Assembly (NCBI GenBank): GCA_030390025.1
Contig: JASTWF010000350.1
Location: 62,001-126,000 of the forward strand
Direction: 5' to 3'
Length of the DNA stretch: 64,000 nt
Source: Squalus acanthias
Taxonomy: Eukaryota
Below, piece by piece: positions 22,957 through 34,494 of this stretch. The notes beneath the pieces were generated by a model. That model saw only the letters and a program-made list of their open reading frames with translations. It did not search any database and was not told where the DNA came from. The first letter of the stretch is position 1. Each line of letters opens with the position of its first letter. The position numbers and the translations under genes are program-made.

Positions 22957-25377
22957 GTTATGAATGGAACTGAACACTGTAATCATCAGAGAACATCCCC
23001 ACTTCTGACCTTATGATGGTGGGAACGTCACTGATGAAGCAGCTGAAGATGGTTGGGCCTAGGACACTGCCCTGAGGAACTCCTGCAGCAATGTCCTGGG
23101 GCTGTGATCATTGGCCTCCAACAACCACAACCATCTTCCTTTCTGCTAGGTATGACTCCAGCCAGTGGAGAGTATTCCCCCTGATTCCCATTGACTTCAG
23201 TTTTGCTAGGGCCCCAGGCACTCTCACCTCACCTCTGGAATTTGAAGGGGTGAAATTGGATAAAGCTCAAAAACAGCCGTGGGCATCGCAAAGTGCGATC
23301 TGCCCGCCCCTGTTCAACGTTGTGCAGGTAGCATGCAAAATTCCTGCTAGGGCTCCTTGATGCCACACTCGGTCAAATGCTGCTTTGATGTCAAGGGCAG
23401 TCACTCTCATCTCACCTCTGGAATTCAGCTCTTTTGTCCATGTTTGGACCAAGGCTGTAATGAGGTCGGGTGCTTAGTGGTCTTGGCGGAACCCAAACTG
23501 AGCATCAGTGAGCAGGTTATTGGTGAGTAAGTGCTGCTTGATAGCACTGTCGATGACACCTTCCATCACTTTGCTGATGATTGAGAGTAGACTGATGGGG
23601 CGGTAATTGGCCGGATTGGATTTGTCCTGCTTTTTGTGGAAAGGACATACCTGGGCAGTTGTCCACATTGTCAGGTAGCTGCCAGTGTTATAGCTGTACT
23701 GGAACAGCTTGGCTAGAGGCGCGGCTAGTTCTGGAGCACAAGTCTTCAGCACGATAGCTGGGATGTTGTCGGGGCCCGCAGCCTTTGCTGTATCCAGTGA
23801 GCTCAGCCGTTTCTTGATATCACGTGGAGTGAATCGAATTGGCTGAAGACTGGCTTCTGTGATGGTGGGGACCTCAGGAGGAGGCCAAAATGGATCATCC
23901 ACTCGGCACTTCTGTCTGAAGATGGTTGCAAACGCTTCAGCCTTGCCTTTTGCACTCACGTGCTGGGCTCCGCCATCATTGAGGATGGGGATATCCGTGG
24001 AGCCTCTTCCTCCTGTTAGTTGTTTAATGGTCCACCACCATTCACGACTGGATGTGGCAGGACTGCAGCGCTTTGATCCGTTGATTGTGCGATCACTTAG
24101 CTCTGTCTATAGCATGCTGCTTCTGCTGTTTAGCATGCATGTAGTCCTGTGTTGTAGATTCCCCAGGTTGGCACCTCATTTTTAGGTACGCGTGGTGCTG
24201 CTCCTGACATGCTCTTCTGCACTCCTTGTTGAACCAGGGTTGGTCCCCTGGCTTGATGGTAATGGTAGAGTGAGGGATATGCCGGGCCATGAGGTTACAG
24301 ATTGTGGTGGAATACAATTCTGCTGCTGATGGCCCACAGCGCCTCATGGATGCCCAGTTTTGAGCTGCTATATCTGTTCTGAATCTATCCCATTTAGCAC
24401 GGTGGTAGTGCCACACAACATGAAGGAGGGTGTTCTCAGTGTGAAGACGAGATTTCGTCTCTACAAGGACACTGCTACCAATACTGTCATGGTCAGTAGT
24501 GGTGCTCCCAATTCACTCTTGGTGCTGGACATTTAGGTCCCCCACCCAGAGTACATTCTGTGCCCTTGCTACCCTCAGTGCTTCTTCCAAGTAGTTTTCA
24601 ACATAGAGGAGTCCTGATTCATCAGCTGAGGGAGGGCGGTAGGTGGTAATCAGCAGGAGGCTTCCTTGACTATGTTTGAGCTGATGCTATGAGACTTCAT
24701 GGCGTCCAGAGTCAATGTTGAGGACTCCCAGGGCCACTCCTTCCCGACTGCATACCACTGTGTCACCACCTCTGGTGTCCTGCCGGTGGCACAGGACATA
24801 CCCAGGGATGGTGATGGAGGAGTTTGGGACATTGGCTGAAATTCTGTGAGTATGACTAAGTCAGGCTGTTGCTTGACTAATCTGTGGGACAGCTCTCCCA
24901 AATTTGGCACAAGTTCCCAGATACTAGTGTGGAGAACTTTGCAGTGATGACTGGGCCTTTGTCATGTCTGAGGTTGATGCCAGGTGGTCCTTCCAGTTTT
25001 TTTCTAATTATACGTTTTTGTAGTGGTTTGATGCAACTAAGTGGCTTTCCAGGCCATTTCAGAGGGAAGTTAAGAGTCAACCACATTGCTGTGGGGCTGG
25101 AGCCACACATAGGCCAGACTGGGTAAGGAGGGCAGGTTTCCTTCCCTAAAGGACATTAGTGAACCAGATGGGTTTTTATGACATGTCTACCAAAACAGGA
25201 AAATAGGCCCTCAGTCTCATGGTCACCATTTATTCCAGATTTATTTAATTAACTGAATTTAAATTGCCGTGGTGGGATTAGAACTCGCGTCTCCGGATCA
25301 TTAGTCCAGGCCTCTGGATTACTAGTCCAGTAACATAACCACGATGCTACCGTACCCACATAAATTGATAAATAGAT

Positions 25378-25496
25378 TGGTATGGTACTGAAAGTGACTT
25401 TTTGGTCTAAGCAAAGGTTCATAACTGTGAACTAACATTCCACTCCCCTTACTCGAGTTACTGGTACTACATTACCCACGTTTCCCACATTACAAC
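25378..25496. repeat. 119-bp local direct duplication of 26329-26447
   Basis: Identical except one base (cccacg/cctacg). Confidence 0.9.
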
Positions 25497-26429
25497 CACT
25501 CCACAGAAAGCTAAGTTTAAGTAGAAAGCTTAACTTCTGTTGGCAGTTGTAGCAATCCCAGCAAAACCAAGCCAAGCAGGCCCGGAGCCAGCGCTGCTCC
25601 ATGCTGACCAGTGTTACTGTGGGGTCCTTAAACAGCCTTTGGGCCTCTCTGTATCATATGCTGGGGTAGTTTATGATGCTAATACAAAGCCAGATGCATT
25701 TGAGGTGTCCTTGACACAAAGCAAAGCCCTGTGAAATGTTTCCCCCCTGTTTATGCTCACTTTGGAGACAGAAATGAGGACCAATTTCTACCCACTGTTT
25801 TGGATGAGATATTAAACTGTGGCCCCATTTGCCATTCCAGGTGCAATAATTGGAAGAGGAGCTGTGGAGGTTTGCTTATGTGCTGGTTAACATTTTCCCA
25901 GTCAACCAGCACCCCAAGAACAGGTTAGCAGGCCACGCAATTCCTTTAATTGCAGGAGTTTGCTGTTTGCTTCTATAAAAGTGGTTATTTGTGGCTGTGA
26001 AGGGCTTTGTGACTCTTTGAGGATGTGACAGGTTTCTGTTTGACTTTAAACAGTGCTGTTATCTCAATGTCCACCAAAACAGGCAAATAGGCCCTCAGGG
26101 AGTGTGACCCCTGAAATGCAGCCCCCTGGTAATACTCCACTGACGAGTCAGACCATTTAGATTATGCACTCCAGTCGTGAAGTGGGACTTGAACTCACAA
26201 CCCTAAGTAAATACCAACTGCTGCTCGATGGATGGAGGGAGGGGGCAAGGGGAGGGGCTTGATGTTAATGTTTGCTTCATTTTCAGCAGGGAATATGTTT
26301 GCCATGTGACTTCAAATTGCTAGATCCATGGTATGGTACTGAAAGTGACTTTTTGGTCTAAGCAAAGGTTCATAACTGTGAACTAACATTCCACTCCCCT
26401 TACTCGAGTTACTGGTACTACATTACCTA

Positions 26430-26548
26430 CGTTTCCCACATTACAACAGTGACTACACTTCAAAAGTACTTCATTGGCTGTAAAGCGCTTTGAGACATCC
26501 GGTGGTCGTGAAAGGCGCTATAACAATGCAAGTCTTTCTTTTTCTTTT
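26430..26548 (+). mobile_element. SacSINE1-like SINE 3' tail
   Basis: cgtttcccacattacaacagtgactacacttcaaaagtacttcattggctgtaaagcgc...gcaagtctttctttt. Confidence 0.8.
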
Positions 26549-26639
26549 TACTACACTACAAAGTTGTTGATGAACAGGATGACGGAGCTGTAGTTCATAA
26601 CACCTGAAATTCAAATAGAAAAGTGGGGATGGGGGATGG

Positions 26640-26960
26640 GAATGAGAAAATCTCCTTCTGGAACCTCCCTTCTGAACACTGAAATGCAAAAAGAACTAGA
26701 ACGAGAGGTGACATGGGGATTTTTTTTATGCATTGTGTTGTTGTGATCTGGAATGCATTGATTGAAAGGTTGGGGGAAGCAGATTCAATAGTAACTTTCA
26801 AAATTGAATTGGATAAACACTAGAAGGGAAAAAATTTGCAGGTCTACAGGGAAAGAGCTGGGGAGTGGGACTAATTGGATCGCTCTTTCAAAGAGCCGGC
26901 ACAGGCACGATGGGTCGAATGGTCTCCTTCCGTGCTTTATGATTCTGTGAATCTATGAAT
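26640..26960 (+). mobile_element. CR1 LINE 3' end, decayed
   Basis: Homologous to 670-970, including gagtgggactaa and attctatg-like tail. Confidence 0.8.
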
Positions 26961-27280
26961 GTATGTGTCATTGGTCAGTGAGTGAGTGGAGATGTAGGCC
27001 TACGCGGGGATCGTGGTGCAATAGGAACCCACGCCCGTTCAGAGGGCTGCAGGCAGCACATAAAATTCGTGCTGCCTGCTACTCTGCATGATTGTAGCGT
27101 TCAACTGAGCGCTGAAGGCACTACTGAGTGGCTGAAAGCTCAGCAGAGGTCCAGGTTCATGCAAGGCTAGCTCCAATTAAAGCTAGCCTGCACAACGTAA
27201 AGGCAGTCTGCACCTCTTAAAGGGGAGGTGTCTTCAACAGGTGATGGAAGTGATTGCTGTCAGAAAAAGAAGATTGAGTA

Positions 27281-27520
27281 ATGCTTCAACAGGCCAGAGA
27301 AAGGGCGCCAAGATTATCCAAGGCAGCACAGGAGGCATTGGTCCAGGAGGTCAACTCCAGGAGAGAGGTCCTCTTCCCACAGGGGGCCAGGAGGCCCTCC
27401 AGGCAACAGATGATAGTGCAGTGGGAGCAGAAAGCCAATGTGGTCAATGCCAGAAGTATAGCCTCAAGGAATTGGACTCAGTGCAGGAAGAAGTTTAATG
27501 ACCTCACACGCGTGGTTAAG
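27281..27520 (+). pseudogene. Harbinger Myb/SANT-like DNA-binding protein, exon 1
   Basis: RERAPRLSKAAQEALVQEV..RREVLFP...W...A..VNA.S...RNWTQCRKKFNDL; donor AAG|GTCAGT at 27521 (phase 0). Confidence 0.85.
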
Positions 27521-27829
27521 GTCAGTGAATTCATCTTCAAATGCCATATCTCACCATCTGCACTATTAGCCTCACACACTGCTCAATGCACCACACCCCC
27601 ATCACTCATCTACCACCAATCGCTACCAAACATGACTCATACCTCACATCCATAGCTTCATCTCATCTGCACAAACTTACCACTGCTGCAAGATTCACAC
27701 CCATATCTCACAGCTTGCACACACTGCCAGCAATTCAACCATGACTGCCACATGGGGTTGCGTTCAATCGTACGGCAGGTGGATGATTCAAGCCCGGTAT
27801 CCCAGAAAGGGGCTGTCTGTGTTGTCTCC

Positions 27830-28960
27830 TTCCTTTCACTTCCGCCTCCTCCTCCTCTGCCTCCTCCTCTGCCTCCTTCTCCTCTTTCTCCTTCTCCTCC
27901 TCTTCTTCCTCCTACTTCTCCTCCTCCTCCTATTCCTCCTCCTTCCGCTCCTGAGCTGGTGACCGTATCCTTGGTGGCAAGGGCTGTGCCCTCATGATGG
28001 CCAGGTTGTGGAGGATACAGCAGAGCACAATGAATTGGGACACACGCTCCGGTGAGTACTGTAGGGCTCCTTCAGAGCGGCCCAGGCAGTGGAAGCGTTG
28101 TTTAAGGATGCCAATGGTCTTCTCTATGATGTTTCGTGTGGCAGCATGGCTCTCATTGTATGCATGCTGCCCGCGTGTGGGTGGGTTGCGGAGCGGAGTC
28201 TTGAGCCAGGTGGTCAAGGGCTAGCTCTTGTCGCCCAGTAGCCACCCTCTGGTTTGTCGTGGTGGCTCAAAGACAGAGGGAACAGCAGACTGCCGCAGAA
28301 TAAAAGCATCATGACTGCTGCCAGGATACCGAGCATTCACCATCGTGATGTGCTGAGCATGGTCGCACAACAACTGCACATTCAGTGAGTGGTAACCTTT
28401 GTGGTTGCGGTACATCTCAGCATTTAGATATGGTGCCCGCAAGCCACGTGCATGCAGTCGATGGTGCCCTGCACCACGGGGAAGCCCGCTATCCTGGCAG
28501 AGCCACCTGCACGCTTCGTCTGCTTCTCTCTGGTCAGAGAGAAGACAATGAAGTCCCCTCTCCTGGCATAAAGAGCGTCTGTCACCTTTCTGATGCAGCA
28601 GTGGATGGCGAACTGTGAGATGTTACAGATGTCGCCTGCTCTGGCCTGGAAGGATCTCGACACGAGGAAATTCAGGGCCACGGTCACCTTCAAAGCCACT
28701 GGCAGCGCTGTCCTTGCCCTGGTGTGAGGCTGCTGGTCTGGCTGCAAGAGGTGGCAGAGTTCTGTGAGCACCTCCTTCGTAAATCATAGACATCTCAGAC
28801 ACTGCTCCTGGTTCATGTCGAGGTAAGAGAATTGCTCTCGGAAAACCCAAGGTGGGTAAGACCTCCTGCTGAGCGCTCTTCTCCCCCTCCTCCACCTCCC
28901 TCTGCTCCATCTCCCTGTCATGCTGCAAGTCGAGGGGAATAACAACTGGAGCACCCATGA
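27830..28960 (-). pseudogene. Harbinger (HARBI1-like) DDE transposase, frameshifted
   Basis: GFPVVQGTIDCMHVA, YRNHKGYHSLNVQLLCD, PGSSHDAFIL, GWLLGDK, YNESHAATRNIIEKTIGILKQRFHCL, CCILHNLA, acidic tail. Confidence 0.92.
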
Positions 28961-29166
28961 CTGAGAGCCAGTGGTCTGACCAGAACCCTTGAATTCAGAA
29001 GTAAGGCCTTCTCCATTTGCAGTGCCACTCCCTGACACCTCACCAACTTTAAACAGCTCTAGAAAGCTCCAAACACTTCCACAAACTTACACAGAGCCAG
29101 TAGAATCCATTCTTTATACGCATTCCATCACTCTCACGGAAACTCCACTTCTTTCCCTCATTGCAG

Positions 29167-30320
29167 GAAAAGAGAGGCCACAATAAGAGGGAGAGGGAGA
29201 GAACGGGAGGACCACCATCCTTATCACAGCTGACCAATGCTGAGGAGGCCGTTCTGGACATTGTGGAATCGGTGGAACATCTCGAAGTGGGGGACGGAGA
29301 GACGGGCTCAGTTGAACAACCTGGTGACAGAATGCTTCTCCATCCATCTGATTTGGCTTTCATGAGTGACTCATATGGCTTCTGATGTCAATAGAAATTG
29401 AATGCTCCTCATGTGCACAATGGGGTGTGTCTGCAATCTACATATCACATGTCTAACTCATGTCTTTACTCTTCCACAGGCCCAGCAAGAGCCCCCCTCC
29501 CTACTGTCCAGGAGGAAGAGCAGGAGGACTCCTCAGAGGATGCTGCATTCTCTGAGGGAGCAGCGTCAGCAGAAATGAGCGCACCCAGCACCAGCGCAGA
29601 GACGCACACCTCAGTGGGTTGTTTGCGAGATAGAGTAGTGTTGTCACCTGGTATATCACAATGCACGAGTGAGCAACAGCAGATGGTGGAGTCAGGGACA
29701 GCAGTGGAGAGTCCTCGTCGGAGGCCGCAGGACACTCCTAGCTCTGCTCAGCTGCATGTGGACACTGTGCTTCTGGGGCCATCCAGAAAGAGAGCGGTGC
29801 TGGAGCTTCAGGAACAAGTGCAGGAGGCTCTGACAGGGTTTGCAACCACGGTGACTGCGAGTGTGCAGAGAATGGAGGAGTCCATCTCAAACATGAGCAA
29901 TGCCTTGTGCACACAATGGTGAATGTAGGTGCCGCCATGGAGGACATAAATCGCCAGACTCAAATGAACATGGAAACACTTCTAAATAGATGGTCAGCTA
30001 TGGAGGATAGATGGGAATCTAGCATGGAGAGGAACCAGAGGTACATGGACGTCCCCATTATGAGGACAGTCAGTACAGAGACGGGTCCTCATGGCCCCAC
30101 TGATGTGCAGCAAGGTGCTCTCCAGCTACTTGCTAGCAGAGAAGTGCGGGTGTCCCATGAGAGGGATGATGGTGGGAGGCGACATGCAAGTGGGGGCTCC
30201 TCTCCAAGCGCTCCAACGTCCATCCCCGTACCAACCCTTTGGTCAGAGCCCCAGATGACTGCCGGAACAGTGATTGCCGAGTCTGCCCCTGTGCAGAGGA
30301 CGACCACCAAAGGTGTCTAA
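29167..30320 (+). pseudogene. Harbinger Myb-like protein exons 2 (29167-29323) and 3 (29480 onward)
   Basis: ttgcag|EKRGHNKRERERTGGPP..LTNAEEAVLDIV; donor G|GTGACA; acceptor ttccacag| in matching phase 1; frameshift near 29905. Confidence 0.7.
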
Positions 30321-31555
30321 GCTGGCGCAGCAGGGAAGTGAGCAGGCTGTTTCTACATCTGCTGAAGCCACAGGGGTAGTACAACGTAGAAGCACACGTA
30401 ACAGAAAGATGACATATAAATGATCACAAGGGTACTCACTTGGGTGTTCTGATAGAATTCAATGTTAAGTTTCTGTTCTTTTATTATGTTGGAATAAATT
30501 AATCTTGTATGAACGTTTGACCTCGTTGCCATTTGAGTGCTCACAATTTGAAGTGGCACAGTGAAGGGTGAGGGCGCCTTTTATGTCCAGCAATGCAGGT
30601 GACAGTGGATGTAAAGTTGACAACTGACACTTACAGCCTCAAGACAGTCTCCAAAATCGTGAAATCAGCAACCTCTGACATTTGAAATTGAGCAGATTTG
30701 AGAGTGCAGCTTTTAGACTGCAGTTGCAGCTGTGAAGTTTCCAACTCGTTGGTCTTCCCGACACATTTACCTGGCGTGATCGCCGAACGTCGTGAAACCC
30801 AAATAAAAAGATGGAAAAATGCAAAAGGCTCTCAAAATAGCAGTTAACAAGCACTTAACAAGGAGTTAAATGCCTAAAATCCCTTACCTGCCGCTTGGTG
30901 TCGGGTCTGTTGTGAAATCGCAGACCCGACACTCTTGAAACTCACTCGGAGGCGGGTTCACGATGGGTTTCCAACCCGCCGTCAATCATTGCAACTTTAA
31001 TACCTGACCTGCCTCTGAACCCACCCTCTGAGCGCCGGCAAAATCGCGGCCAATGTTGTTGACGATCCCTTTAAGTATCGCTGGTGGGAGTCCTTCCTGC
31101 TGCTGAAAGCATGTTCAGCTGTGCGAGGTTTAGAGAGGGCGTTAGCTCCAGCGATGACGATGAAAATGGCAGCGCTGGCAACAAATCAGCATTGCACACT
31201 GATTGATGTCACGATCTGCCTATTTACCATACTTCTAGCACACATGCCTAACAGCTGCCCTACCGCCTTCATCAAGGTGGCGTCCGGTGCAGCCCGCACC
31301 AGAAGTGTGTGCGCGCCGCTGGGATGCCATTTTGGTCCCAATTCGCACCCGTAGCACCCAAAAGACGGGCGCTACGCAACAATGTTTCTAGGCCGTACAG
31401 ATCTGTATCTGAATAGGTGCTACATAATGGGACATGTGTCATTGATCAGTGAGTGGAGAGTTATAGTCCTGCGTCTGAACAGCTGCCAAGCCATTCAGGA
31501 GTGAAATCATTTTTTAACAAATAAGGTAGCAGAAATCTGGAACTCTCTCCCACAA

Positions 31556-34300
31556 AACATAAGAACATAAGAAATAGGAGCAGGAGTAGGCCATTCGACC
31601 CTTCGAGCCTGCTCCGTCATTCAATGAGATCATGGCTGATCTTCTGCCTCAACTCCATTCACCAGCCCTATCGCCATATCCCTTGATGCCCTTACTAGTC
31701 AGAAATCTATCAACTTCTGTTTTGAATATACCCAATGACTGAGCCTCCACAACCCTCTGGGGTGGAGAATTCCAAAGATTCACCATCCTCTGTGTGAAGA
31801 AATTTCTTCTCATCTCAGTCCTGAATGGCCTACCCTTTATCCTGAGGCTGTGGCCCCTGGTTCTAGACTCCCCAGCCAAGGGAAACATTCTCCCAGCATC
31901 CACCCTATCAAGCCCTGTAATAATTTTGTATGCTTCAATGAGATCCCCTCTCATTCTTCTGAATTCAAGAGAATACAGGCCTAGTTTACTCAATCTCTTC
32001 TCATACGACAGTCCCGCCATCCCAGGAATCAATCTTGTGAACCTTCGTTGCACTCCCTCTATGGCAAGTATGTCCTTCCTTAGGTAAGGAGACCAAAATT
32101 GTACACAGTACTCCAGGTGTGGTCTCACCAAGGCCCTATATAATTGGAGTAAGACTTCTTTACTCCTGTACTCAAATCCTCTTGTAATGAAGGCCAGCAT
32201 ACTATTTGCCTTCCTAATGGCTTGCTGCACCTGCACATTCACTTTCAGTGACTCATGCACAAGGACACCCAGGTCCCTTTGAGCATCTGCATTCCCCAAT
32301 CTTTCACCATTTAGGAAATACTCTGCCTTTCTGTTTTTTCTACCAAAGTAGATAATGTCACATTTATCCACATTATATTCCATCTGCCATGTTCTCGCCC
32401 ACTCACTAAGCCTGTCGAGATCCCCTTGAAGCCTCTTCACATCCTCTTCACAACTGACACTGCCACCTAGCTTTGTAACATCAGCAAATTTGGAAATGTT
32501 ACATTTAGTCCCCTCATCCAAATCATTGATATAGATTGCGAATAGTTGGGGCCCAAGCCCCGATCCTTGCGGTACCCCACTAGTCACAGCCTGCCATCCT
32601 GAAAAAGACCCGTTTATCCCTACTCTTTGTTTTCTGTCTGTTAACCAATTCTTAATCCATGCTAGTATATTACCCCCAATTCCATGTGCCCTAATTTTGT
32701 TCACCAACCTCTTGTGTGGGACCTTATCGAAGGCCTTCTGAAAATCCAAATACACCACATCTACCAGTTCCCCTTTGTCTACTCCACTAGTTACATCCTC
32801 AAAGAACTCCAATAGGTTTGTCAAACAGGATTTCCTTTTCATAAATCCATGTTGACTCTGCCAAATCTTACTATTAGTTTCTAAGTGCCCATTTATTGCA
32901 TCCTTTATAATAGATTCCAGCATTTTCCCAACTACTTATGTGAGGCTAACAGGTCTGTAGTTCCCCGTTTTCTCTCTCCCTCCTTTCTTAAATAGCGGGG
33001 TTACATTTGCTATCCTCCAATCTGCAGGAACCGTTCCAGAATCTATAGAATTTTGGAAGATGTCAACCAATGCATCCACTATCCGAATGGCCACCTCTTT
33101 CAAAACCCTAGGATGTAGGTCATCCGGTCCTTGGGATTTATCGACTTTTACTCCCATTAATTTTGCTAGTACTGTTTTTTTACTAATAATAATTTCTTTA
33201 AGTTGCTCATTCTCGCCACACCTTTGGTTTTCTTGTATTTCTGGGAGGTTTTTTGTGTCTTCCTCTGTGAAGACAGAAACAAAGTATTTATTTAATTTCT
33301 CTGCCATTTCCTCATTCCCTATTATAAATTCTCCCGTCTCTGACTATAAAGGACCTACATTTACCTTCGCCAGTCTTTTCCTTTTCACATACCTATAGAA
33401 GCTTTTACAATCCATTTTTATATTTTTTGCTAGTTTGTGCTCATATTCCATTTTCCCTTTCTTTATCAATTTCTTGGTCCCCCTTTGCTGATTTCTAAAA
33501 AGATCCCAATCCTCAGGCTGACCGCTTTTTCTGGCAACTTTATAAGCTTCCTCCTTTGACTTAATACTAGCTTTAATTTCTTTTGTTAGCTATGGTTGGA
33601 TCACTTTTCCTTTTGGGTTTTTATGCCCTAGAGGAATATATGTTTGTTGCAAATTATGCATTATTTCCTTGAATGTTAGCCATTGTATGTCCACCTTCAT
33701 ACCTTTTAGTGTAGTCTCCTAATCTACCATGGCCAACTTGTCCCTCATACCCTTGTAGTTTCCTCTGTTTAGATTGAAGACCTTAGATTCAGATTGGACT
33801 ACATCACTCTCAAACTTAATGTACACATACTGATCCAGGAAACCATCTCGCATGCATTCCAAGAATTCGTCCTCCACACCATTAGTCGGTAATTTGATTT
33901 GCCCAGTCAATATGTAGATTAAAGTCCCCCATGATTACCGTATTGCCCTTGTTACATGCACTTCTAATTTCTTGATTGATACTGTGCCCTACATTACCAC
34001 TACTGTTTGGTGGCCTATACACAACTCCCACCAATGTTTTCCGCCCTTTGCTGTTTCTTAGCTCCACCCAAACTGATTCCAGTTCTACATCACGATCTGC
34101 CGAGCCAAGATCTTTTATCTCTACCGTACCGATCTCATCCCTTATTAACAGCCACCTCCTTTTCCTTTTTGTCTGTCCTTCCTAAATGTTGAGTACCCTG
34201 GAACATTCAGTTCCCAGCTTTGGTTACCCTGCAACCATGTCTCTGTAATGTCAATTACATCATACCCATTTACTTCTATTTGTGCCATTAATTCATCCAC
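31556..34300 (-). mobile_element. CR1 LINE (HER1-type), 5'-truncated ORF2 with endonuclease end and RT
   Basis: GVVYRPP..MGDFN, GNYRPVSLT, SQHGF, YLDFQKAFDKVPH, GVPQGS, KFAD; (TTCTTATG)n tail. Confidence 0.95.
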
Positions 34301-34302
34301 CT

Positions 34303-34492
34303 TAGACTGTGGATTTTAAGACAATTGGAGATTTCACGATTGAGATAGATATTTTTGTTAGGTAAAGGTATGAAGGCATATGGAGCAAAGGTGGGTAAAT
34401 GGAGTTGAGGTACAGATCAGCCGTGATCCAATTGAATGGTGGAGAAAAACCGATGGACTGAACGGCCTCCTCCTGTTCCTCTGTTCCTGTAA
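34303..34492 (+). mobile_element. CR1 3' end fragment
   Basis: gagatagatatttttg...gatcagccgtgatccaattgaatggtggag...ggcctcctcctgttcct. Confidence 0.7.
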
Positions 34493-34494
34493 GA

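Larger units (their letters stand above)
16616..25357 (-). mobile_element. Near full-length CR1/Zenon-like LINE (~3.3 kb), split by the provirus at 17479-22956
   Basis: 3' poly(A) at ~16616-16623; RT pieces 16908-17327 and 22961-23959; endonuclease pieces (GELSHRLVKQQPDLVILTE; WHYHRAKWDRFRTD); LINE sequence is continuous across the provirus (gaggagtta|tgaatggaactgaacac). Confidence 0.88.
26997..31394. mobile_element. Composite PIF/Harbinger transposon
   Basis: Ends GGCCTA..TAGGCC flanked by 3-bp GTA duplication (26994-26996, 31395-31397); contains Myb/SANT-like and DDE transposase remnants; a second end-like motif AAAATCGCGGCC ends at 31051. Confidence 0.75.

Noticed and set aside
27752..27997. 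Proline-rich and Leu-rich ORFs
   Set aside because: Antisense reading of the transposase acidic (GAG/GAA) tail
26963..31468. Similar ~35-bp sequences (atgtgtcattg.tcagtgagt..) on either side of the Harbinger as a long TSD
   Set aside because: Not adjacent to the termini and diverged; the 3-bp GTA duplication explains the insertion, so these are probably an older local repeat
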